DNA of 64,000 nucleotides from Podarcis bocagei (lineage: Eukaryota), in assembly GCA_964188305.1 (NCBI GenBank), contig OZ076899.1. The stretch is one strand, 5' to 3'. Positions within the stretch are counted from its first letter, which is position 1. Every line of letters begins with the position of its first letter. This document shows positions 26,140-35,272 of this stretch, in pieces. Position numbers and translations under genes: made by a program. A model generated the notes under the pieces. That model was not told the origin of the DNA. It worked only from the letters and a program-made list of their open reading frames with translations, and did no database searches.

Positions 26140-26413
26140 CTTTATCCATTGCAGAGGTGACTGTGATCTTGTCTGCTGGATCCTTATGTCCTTTAAGGGC
26201 AGAAAATAGTGGAGACAAAGTGGAGGTGGGCAGGTCCAAATAACTCTTTATCCAATTCAGCTGTCCAAGGATTTGTTGTAAATCCACCAATCTAAGATAA
26301 CCAGGAAACTGTAGTTGAGGCGTAACTGGAATGGCTGCAGATGCTGTCAGCTTGTGTCCCAGGTACGTAATAGGTAAGGTCCGCTGGATTTTTTCTTTAG
26401 CCACTGTCAATCC
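26140..26413 (-). pseudogene. pol: ERV pol remnant (end of RT palm plus RT thumb)
   Basis: GLTVAKEKIQ...PITYLG...LVDLQQILGQLNWIKSYLDL...LSPLFSALKG fits a class II RT thumb. No protease, YxDD, RNase H or recognisable integrase. Lower boundary is approximate. Confidence 0.88.
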
Positions 26414-27824
26414 AACAGGTTGTAGCCTTTGCAGGATTTTGGGACACGGCGGAGGACAAGGCCGTGGCTAGCAGGCCGTGGCTAGCAGTGCCCACTGACT
26501 TGCAGGCTGTAAGGATATCAGCAATGGCTATATTTGATGTTGCCATTAGAAGACGCAGCACTTGCTTATGGTTCTCATTTACATTAGTGAACGCAAGCTG
26601 GTGTACAGTCAGGTCTTGTGCTGCCAGGTCCTGAACTTGCCGCTTGAAGGTATTATACAAGCGATCAACAAATTGTCCATAGGGCTTTGCAGGGTCCTGT
26701 CTGATGCTTCCCAATAGGCCATCGCGCTCATTCTTGTCATCAGGGACAGAGGCCAGAGCCTCTTGGGCAGCGGCTGTAGTGGCCTCCCAATACTGAGGTT
26801 GGAGAGTTAGCTGTTGGGCAGCAGTAAGAAAATTGCCTCCTCCCGTTAACCCATCAAGGACATCAGCTTGGGTTAACATGACGGGGGCTGGGGGTGGGGC
26901 GGCACCAGCAGCGGCAGCAGCCAAAGCAGCCTGATGATTAGCCAATGCAGCATTATTAAGATTATTCCGAATCCCATCAACACGACGTTGGCAGGCCCAG
27001 TGCCAAGCTTGTATAAACAAAATCATTTGATGAGGCTGCATTACAGTGCGGGCCAACAGCTTAACATCCTCTGGTATCAAATTTTGTTGAAAAATAGTGC
27101 CAAACAAGCCCAGGGTGTAAGGAGATTGTAAACCATTGTCCTTGACAGAGGAATGCAGTTCCTTTATGAATCTCAAATCAAACTGTTCGTGCCGGGCTGG
27201 GCCTCCCCCTGGCGCGGCAGGAGCAATCACAGGGAAGAGATTAGGAGTTGCACAGTCAAAACCCAACAATGGGGCAGCGGCACGGAGAGATTCTTGGAGA
27301 GGAGTAGTAACAGCGGTGGCAGAGGCCTTGGGCGCAGGAGTTGGAAGAGTGGGGGGTGCTGAATGCGAAGATTCTTGGAGAGGAGTAGTAACGGGAGGTG
27401 CAGGAAGTGAAGAATGCGGAGAATGCAGGGGAGGGACGACAGGAGGAGCCGGAGGGAAAATGTCCGGCGGTTTAGGAGGTAGGTTTGAGGCAGGCAAAAC
27501 AGGTACCTGAAGGGCGGGCGAAGAAGCTGTCGCAGCAGCCAGAAGAATGTTTGAAGGAGTTAAACACGACATAGCTTTGTAGACGTTACTCCAGGCATGC
27601 AAAACCTTGACATCAATTTGTGGATGATTTTGAAAGAAGTGTCCAATTTTTTTCCAATCATCTAACTGCCAATTTCCGTCCTGGGGGAACCACGGGCAGT
27701 GAGTGTCCAGGGCTATTATAAGGGACTTAAGGTCAGCTTTCCGAACAGCAAGGTTGTTACTGGCCAAAAGGAATTTAAGGTCTTTATAAAATTTTTTCTG
27801 TGGTGCAGAGAGAGATTTTCCCAT
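26397..27824 (-). CDS. gag: ERV Gag (MA, Pro-rich spacer, CA), truncated at the first NC zinc-knuckle Cys
   Basis: MG myristoylation start; beta-type MA motif CPWFP..G.W...W; CA motif IKEL..SV..NG..SPYT; degenerate MHR IRQDPAKPYGQFVDRL; ends TTCW-IDSG* at a deletion junction. Confidence 0.92.
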   Translation of the reverse strand: MGKSLSAPQKKFYKDLKFLLASNNLAVRKADLKSLIIALDTHCPWFPQDGNWQLDDWKKIGHFFQNHPQIDVKVLHAWSNVYKAMSCLTPSNILLAAATASSPALQVPVLPASNLPPKPPDIFPPAPPVVPPLHSPHSSLPAPPVTTPLQESSHSAPPTLPTPAPKASATAVTTPLQESLRAAAPLLGFDCATPNLFPVIAPAAPGGGPARHEQFDLRFIKELHSSVKDNGLQSPYTLGLFGTIFQQNLIPEDVKLLARTVMQPHQMILFIQAWHWACQRRVDGIRNNLNNAALANHQAALAAAAAGAAPPPAPVMLTQADVLDGLTGGGNFLTAAQQLTLQPQYWEATTAAAQEALASVPDDKNERDGLLGSIRQDPAKPYGQFVDRLYNTFKRQVQDLAAQDLTVHQLAFTNVNENHKQVLRLLMATSNIAIADILTACKSVGTASHGLLATALSSAVSQNPAKATTCWIDSG

Positions 27825-27850
27825 GATTGCAAGAGTTGCAAAAAAAGGCA

Positions 27851-28224
27851 GGGAGCACTTACCGAGGGATCCGTAGGAGGATGAGGAAGGCGCCTTTTTG
27901 CCCTGTCCGGGCGGAGATAAGTGCTGATAAGTCCGTAACGTAGTCCAGAATCACATTCACACGGGAGCTCTCACCAGGGATCCACTACGTGGATGAACGA
28001 CGCGTCTGCAGCCCTTGCGGGGCGAGGTGAGAGCTGAACGTTGTAAAACAGCATGAAATCCGAAAGAAATCACACGGGAGCACTCACCAGGGATCCACTA
28101 CGTGGATGAACGACGTGTTGGTGAGTGCTGAATAATGAAAAACAGGCAGTCACACGGGAGCACTCACCAGGGATCCACTACGTGGATGAACGACGTGTTG
28201 GTGAGTGCTGAATAATGAAAAACA
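27851..28224 (-). repeat. ERV leader repeat array (4 hairpin units, each with a splice-donor motif)
   Basis: Units at about 27851-27926, 27957-28038, 28070-28144 and 28150-28224; the last two are identical at 80-bp spacing. Confidence 0.85.
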
Positions 28225-28240
28225 ACGTGAAGTCCGAAGG

Positions 28241-28258
28241 CAGTCACACGGGGCACCA
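28241..28258 (-). promoter_or_regulatory. Primer binding site, tRNA-Met(elongator)-like
   Basis: TGGTGCCCCGTGTGACTG lies 2 nt after the 5' LTR. The first 15 nt complement the vertebrate elongator tRNA-Met 3' end (...TCACACGGGGCACCA), recalled from memory. Confidence 0.8.
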
Positions 28259-28260
28259 AA

Positions 28261-28598
28261 TGTCGAGTTGCAGCTCGACATCCAGGGAAAAATCAGTCTC
28301 ACACCATGAGGGGTTCCGAAATATGGCTGCTCCTAGGGCTAATGCAGCACAGCTTTTATTGTGTGAAATAGAAAAGATACAAAAAATACAAGTCAAGCAA
28401 TTTGTTCTAGCCAGCAGATAAAGACCTTGGTACTAGACCATGCGAGCAATCAGGCCATGCTACGTTAGCCAATCATATGGGACAGCACGAGCTGTTCACG
28501 CGCTATTCATGCTCCAAGGATGCTTCTAGCTATGAGATCACCCTGCAACAATAAGAACTTTGCTCATGCTCTCATGTACAAGCAATCATTTTCCCACA
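28261..28598 (-). repeat. ERV 5' LTR
   Basis: Minus strand TGTGGGAAAA...CTCGACA; matches 23969-24306 with no difference seen by eye; followed by TT and the PBS. Confidence 0.96.
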
Positions 28599-28610
28599 AC
28601 CAGAGTATCT

Positions 28611-28668
28611 TAGAATCATGGAGTTGGAAGGGACCTCAGTGGTCATCTAACCCAACCTCTTGCTAATG
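28611..28668 (-). mobile_element. CR1 3' end fragment
   Basis: tagaatcatggagttggaagggacc...tcatctaacccaacc is a typical CR1 terminus. Confidence 0.65.
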
Positions 28669-29337
28669 TAGAAAGTCGATTGCTAATTGAGTAGGATCCT
28701 AGATCATCACAGTAAATGTTCAATACAGGGTTATATCCTAGAAGAACAGCTAAGTAACCCACAGCAATAATAGATCCCACATGGGAAGGATCACATCATA
28801 TTCTGCATTTCACTGATTAGGAAGGTGGGATTTTGCCTTGAGTCAATCAAGGGATAAGCTCGGGTGATCATAAAGGAACTGCCTACAAAGCCCAAGGGAG
28901 CCCTGCTTCCCACTTTTAGCTCTTTTTTCCTTTGCTAATAGCATTTCAGTTATAACTGTTAACAGATATGTTATTTTGGAAGCATGCAAGATGAGTAATA
29001 GGGAGTCAAAAACCACATATTTTATGACCTTTTGCAAGCTTGCATCGTGAACAATTAAAAGATTATAATGTGCATTCTAATTTTTGAGATGTTGAATTTA
29101 ATTAAATGAAGGCAAGTCTATCATCTTTTAACAAAATCAAATTATTTCTGGAATCAGTTTACAACAACAATTAAAAAATTACAATCTGTATATTCAGGGC
29201 AAAATGTGGATTTATGTACTCTTGAAATACTTAGCGACCAAATTTGCAAAACCCAGTGAGTTGTTAGAAATGTTTCCATTTTCAACTGAATTTTTAGCTG
29301 TCTGTATAAAATAGGCATGATCTTCAATATTCAAATA

Positions 29338-29487
29338 CTGTATTTTTCTGTGTCTATAAGACACCCCCTATTTTGGGGGCCTCCAATTTAAGAAAACGGG
29401 GGGAGATCTATCCATGTAAAAGATGCCTCCAAATTTTGGACATTATTTTTTAGGGGGGGAAATAGTCTTATACATGGAAAAATACGG
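29338..29487. mobile_element. Tc1/mariner-type MITE (CCGTATTTTTC TIR family)
   Basis: ctgtatttttc...gaaaaatacgg flanked by TA. Confidence 0.8.
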
Positions 29488-30879
29488 TACTTCATCTCGC
29501 TTTTTGCACTTTTAGACTCATTCTAATTGATGCAGCCACACAATAAATTATTTGGTCCAACATTAGGACAGCATCATATATTGCATTGTGAGCAATTGCC
29601 AAAGTGGAAAAATTGCTCTATTTATTGTTTTTTAAAGGAGGGGAAATCGTTTTTGTAACAACTGTGATAAATTCAAAGGAACTCACCAGATTTCTGCACC
29701 GTTTCCATGGCAGCAAGAAGAACAGCTGTAGTGCCTTCTGTAAATGTCCAAAGTCAAATACTGGAAAACCTGTTTTTCTAAGCTCTTACTACTTTACTTC
29801 ATTGCAGCTGGTTACCTTCTGCTGAAGAACGGAATATAGTGCTAGATTAAATTTTGACCAAGATTGCAATTCATATCTCTTTAGTGTACTCAAGTTTAAG
29901 CAGATGTACCCCCATCCCTACTATAAAAATGATATCCAAAGTAGCAGAATAAAAAGATAATGATAAAACGACAAGATCTGGGATTGCCTATTGTTCATAC
30001 ACATGCATGCACACATGCAAATACCAACAAACTCTTACATGTAACAGGAGATTCACAAATATTTCAATTTTATAATTAATAACAACTGCTAGGATCAGCA
30101 TCCCTTAAACAAATTTCCATTTCCAGACACACTACTGAATATGGGGGGCAGGGAGAAAGAAACTCTTGCACTGCACACAAATGGAAAAAAGAAGCCAAAA
30201 TTTATCACTCAGAGCACATATCTAGAAATGGTTGCCAAATTGAGTTTCATTTCTTGCAATTAGCCCTGCTGTGGTTTGCAGCTGGTTATTTAGTGGATGA
30301 ATCGAATAGGTCTTCAACACACTTTTCTGTTGTTGGCAAAGAGTGTGACTTCCCAAACTACAGCACAATTAGTTTTACCAAGAGCGGTGTTTTAACTGTT
30401 CAAAGCACAGCTGTTTGTGGATGGATCCAAATTAGCTGGCTGTTACCCAGAATAAATGTATTTATCTATTTATGACATTTATGGGGTTCCTCTCAAGAAA
30501 GCCTCCCACCTGTCTGCTGCAACATGCATCCTGGTCTAATTAATGACTGTGTTGCTGTTTTGCTAGAAATTAATTTAATTGGCTTGTATTCTTCTTATTT
30601 ACTTGGTTTTATTGTGTGCTTCCCTGGGAATCCTTGAAGGCTGATAGGCAGTGCCTAAATAAATAAATAAAATGGGGAGTTGGTACATCTGCGAGGGATG
30701 GTACCAGGGACACAAAGCAGCAGTGATGACAACACTATGTCCTGGGGGGGGGGTTATGTGAGAATTGTGTGCCTGTTCATTTTGTTGTTTGTAAATCCAT
30801 GCTGCATATTTTATTTATTAATTGGTTTATTGATAAATATATATTTCAGTGGTGCCTAGGGCAGCAAACACAAACAGTA

Positions 30880-31580
30880 AAAGAAAACGTCTAGAAACAA
30901 TTCCTAAACAAACGCAGGCTGGGAAAGAGCTTTACTTGAAAGACTTGTTGAAAGAGGAAGGGTTTCACTAGCTGCCAAAAAACCTCCACTGAAGATGGTG
31001 CCTGTATAATATTTGAAGGGAGGGAATTGCAAAGGATAGGTGCCCGATTGCTATATTATGTGGAACAAACCTCCTGATAAGATGGTATCTGCAGGAGGCC
31101 TTTGCTCACAGAGTTCAAATTATTCATTCATTTATTAAAAGTTCTATACTTCCCTTCATCAATGCATTGCAGGGCGGTTTAAAATACGTAACACAAAAAT
31201 GCACACCATAGTAACAAATGGAAACAATACCTCTCACAGCTCAAAAGGGCACAGATTGTTTTTGCCTGGCACCTAAAGATATGTAACAAATGCGCTAAGC
31301 CAGCCGCCCTGGGAAGAACATTCCACAAGTGGGGAGCTGCCACAAAAAAAGGCCCACTTTTGTGTTGTCACCCTCCGGACCTCTCAATTGGGTTTATAAG
31401 GGTGAGATGATCTTTCAAGTATTCTGGTCCCATGCTTTATAGGACTTTAATGCACCAGAACCAGCAGCTTGAACATAGCCCCGTAGCTAATTGGCAACCA
31501 GTACAATTCTTTCTGTAATGCATTTTGCACTTGCTGCAGCTTCTGGGCCTCAAAGGCAGCCATACATAGAGTGCATTGCA
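30880..31580 (-). mobile_element. Degenerate L2 3' fragments
   Basis: Decayed L2 C-terminal and 3' UTR signatures (gggcggttt, cattccacaagtggggagc, tttataggac, ggcaaccagt); boundaries approximate. Confidence 0.55.
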
Positions 31581-31894
31581 GACCCTCCAAGTGTCCCTAT
31601 TTTCCAGGGACTTCCCAGATTTAGAGAAGATGTCCTGGTTTCTGATTTGATCCTGGAATATCCCCCTTAGGATGAAATGTTTGATGGTATGGAGTTATCT
31701 GACCCCTGAGCCATCTGAGGGCAATGCTGTATAGAATTTGTTTCAATGTTTAATGTTTTATTATGTTTTTATATATGTTGGAAGCTGCCCAGATTGGCTG
31801 GGGCAACCCATTAAGATGTGTGGGGTATAAAGGGCAAAATTATCATTATGGAATGGGACGTCCCTATTTTCATCAGAGAAATGTTGGAGGGTAG
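31581..31894. mobile_element. hAT-like non-autonomous element containing an L2 3' end
   Basis: TIR accctccaa / ttggagggt; imperfect 8-bp TSD gcattgca / gcatgaca; internal 31725-31835 resembles the L2 tail at 43245 and 60315. Confidence 0.65.
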
Positions 31895-32394
31895 GCATGA
31901 CAGTAATTTAAGCTCTCTCAGCACCTCTTCTTTTGGTGTGGTGGCAACAGCTCAAGGCTAAATTGATTCCTAGCTATGGTTTGTGCAGATGGACAATAAA
32001 GTCAAATTAAATTATAATTAAGATGCCTGCAGGGGAAAGCCTATCTATTTTTTTAAACAACAACAGCCCATCTTGCTTTAAAAGTAAAGAGAATACATGC
32101 TTTACACTTTGTGTCCTGCTTCCCTCCACTGTTCATACTTCTTTTGATATGTGTATATATGCCAGTGAATCCCACATTATAAATCACAGTGTTTATAATA
32201 CATGTACACTCAAAATGCAGCTGGACATTTTAGATGACACATTTAAAAACACAGACAGAAGTTGAACAGAACATGCTACAAATCTCATTGGAGCTGGAAT
32301 TAAATAGTTCCTTATAATTGCTGAGGACCTTGGTGGACTATTTAGTTATTCTTTTCTGCCTGTTGTAGCTATTATAATGCACTGTGCTATATGC

Positions 32395-32587
32395 TAGGGT
32401 TGCCATATTTCAAAACGTGAAAATCCAGACAAAGTTGTTGAGCTTCTTTTTGCAAAATCTCAACACAAAAAAAGAAGATGAGGAACATATATTTTTAAGG
32501 AAGTTTTCCCAGACATTCAAGCAATTTCTGCTCAGATAATATTTACGAGGTCCAAATCTGGAAAATTTCAGACATATGGCAGCCCTA
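32395..32587. mobile_element. hAT MITE
   Basis: TIR tagggttgccatat / atatggcagcccta; TSD CTATATGC / CTATATGT. Confidence 0.82.
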
Positions 32588-33377
32588 CTATATGTTATGA
32601 TTTTTAATTGTATTTTATTGCTTCTTTTATTTCTTACGTTGCATTTTATTGTACAGTATTATAATTTGAATCACATCTAAATAAAGCTTGTTTTGGGAAG
32701 CCTTGGTATAGATAACACTATAAGGATAGAAAATACCATTTTTCTTTGATTGCCACAAGTATGAATCCTTGCATCAGCTGGTATCATCAGATCACTCTCT
32801 GGTCCATATGGCTTATTATGTATGATAAAATAATAAACTCTTGTAGCAAGGCTTTAACTGTAGTCACCTCGGATCTTTGGGATGTCCTTCCTAGCTAAGA
32901 TCATGGCAACTTTGCAGAGGTGTCACATAGAGTAATGTGTAAGTGAATGAGCCATTTGTGAAATCCCCATTGCAACGTGAACTGAATGGTAGCTTGGTCT
33001 CGGGCAAGCTACCATTTTTCTGCCAATCAATACATTTATGTGAGTTGTGGCAGTCTTGTGGAATAAAAACATAAGAGCACAAAGAGCTACTACTGCGTAG
33101 TGCTGTAAATGTCTACTCAGAAGTAAGTCTTATTTTCATGGGACTTACTCCCAGGTAAGTGTGTGCGGAACTGCAGTAAGTTAAACAAGGGATTTGCACT
33201 AGCTCTATATAATTATTATTTTTTTGAACAGCTGATCTCCATGACATACCACATACTCATTTCCCAGAGTGCTCAACTATTTAAAAACAGAGTGCCATGG
33301 GGTTGGCTGGGGGTACTGTTTGAGAAGAACAAGTTGAGAAATTGGAATTGTGGGATCATGGTATAATTCACATTGTA

Positions 33378-33718
33378 AAGGTACAGGTAAAGGGACTACT
33401 GACTGTTAAGTCCAGTTGCAGACGACTCTGGGGTTGCGGCGCTCATCTTGCTTTACTGGCCGAGGGAGCTGCCGTACAGCTTCCGGGTCATGAGGCCAGC
33501 ATGACTAAGCTGCTTCTGGCAAACCAGAGCAGCGCATGGAAACGCTGTTTACCTTCCCACCAGAGCAGTACCTATTTATCTACTTGCACTTTGACGTGCT
33601 TTTGAACTGCTAGGTTGGCAAGAGCTGGGACAGAGCAATAGTGAGGATTCGAACCACCAACCTTCTGATCAGCAAGCCCTAAGCGCTGTGGTTTAGACCA
33701 CAACGCCACCCGCATCCC
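33378..33718 (-). mobile_element. Sauria SINE, near full length
   Basis: Minus-strand 5' GGGATGCGGGTGGCGTTGTGG, B-box GGTTCGAATCC, ACCTTT-type tail; 13-bp TSD AATTCACATTGTA (33365-33377 and 33722-33734). Confidence 0.9.
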
Positions 33719-34055
33719 ATCAATTCACATTGTAGCATAGGTAAAACTCAGATAAGAAACAAACAAAATATGGCAGATATCCATGCAAATGTAAAAAGAT
33801 AACTGAGATTAAAAAGCTAACTGATGAGCAGCACACAAGCACATATTCCATAATCCTGGTGGACATTTTATTTGATTTTATTTTAGATTAGATTTTAATA
33901 GAACCTTGTGACAAACCTTCTGGAATAATTACAGTGCTTGTATTTTAAAAGTATGTGATTATAACAACATCAGAGCTCTTTGAGCAATTTGAAATAATTA
34001 AAAAGGCAAACATTTTGCTCTCTAATTTATTATGGAAAAGGTTGCTTGACTGTGT

Positions 34056-34057
<2 letters not shown>

Positions 34058-34102
<45 letters not shown>
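34058..34102. repeat. (CA)n microsatellite
   Basis: Directly visible. Confidence 0.95.
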
Positions 34103-34104
<2 letters not shown>

Positions 34105-35207
34105 TATACTTGGCAACATTTCAGTTTGACTCGCTTTATTTGGGGAATGGCTCTTATTATATTGTTTGGGGTATAGTTCCCACTCTGGAGCCTTCACATT
34201 GGAACCTTGGCTTGCACTGCATTTCTGGCAATGGCAAATGCATTGTTAATCCCCATAACTAATAGCATTTCTGCTCGTCTCATGTCGCTTTTGGCAGCAG
34301 GCTTTTTAAAGTGCTAGTCTTTCTGATAGACTCAAGGCATCAGATGTGTTTATACTACCCTGAGCCCATGCTGCATTATAAAATGAGCACCAGCATCTTC
34401 TGGCATGTCCATCGCAGTAAGCAGGTATACTTCACAACAGGACACTAGATAAAAATGTTTGGCACTGCAACACAATTGAATTGCTCGATGTGCTGTTAAC
34501 TGGGGAAAAAAATATTTTTGAAAGGTTATTATTCTAAAAGATGAGATACAGTTTAGTATTAATTTGTTTTCATTGATAAGTTTCATCTGTTGCTCTCCAC
34601 ATTGAGGTACAAGTTTTCAAAAGTTAAGACATAGACTTAGCTCAAGTATTTGTTGTTTTAAACATGCTATAAAAGCAAATGTTACAAAAGGTGTATATAA
34701 AATATTTTTTAAGTGATCTGGGGATTCCTTGCCCTTCATGTTCAGTAACTACTTGACCCTACTTAGAGATTTTAGCCTGTAAGTGTAGAGATAACCAAAA
34801 AGACTTTCCTGTGTAATCCATTTCTCCTCTCTCTCTCTCTCTCTTCTCACAGTGACTTAATGTTCATACCAGTGAAAGAACTGAACACTCTAATTTAGAA
34901 TGTTCTGAGATGGTATCTGAAGTATTCTTCACAAACTGATCAAAGGCTAATTTTACTCCTCTGTCCAGACCTCACAGATTCCCTGCAGTTATGATTGAAA
35001 AGATGCACATTTACACTTCAGTGTTACAGCTACGTGGAGTGGTCAACCTGCATCTTATTAGGCCAATGTTTGCTGCAGATAAGAAAAGATTATACCCATG
35101 ACTTAAGTCAGCAAATAATTAAATAAATAAATTCCAACAAATTTGACCATACTTGTGTATAACTGAATGTGGCGGCAAACTTTTACCCTCAGATACCTTC
35201 AGATACT

Positions 35208-35272
35208 GGTAAAAGTTGTGTCCAACTCTTTGTGACCCCACAGACCAGAGCACGCCAGGCTCTGTGATCTCA
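35208..35272 (-). mobile_element. RTE-BovB 3' end fragment
   Basis: gtgtccaactctttgtgacccc...accagagcacgccaggc. Confidence 0.6.

Larger units (their letters stand above)
23969..28598 (-). mobile_element. Endogenous retrovirus (beta-like gag/RT, gamma-type env), internally deleted, recently integrated
   Basis: Two 338-bp TG...CA LTRs, 6-bp TSD ACCAGA (23963-23968 and 28599-28604), PBS, PPT, gag, RT fragment and env. Confidence 0.97.

Noticed and set aside
27957-28224. CRISPR-like repeat-spacer array
   Set aside because: Eukaryotic retroviral leader; the interiors are repeated rather than unique spacers, and there are no cas genes.
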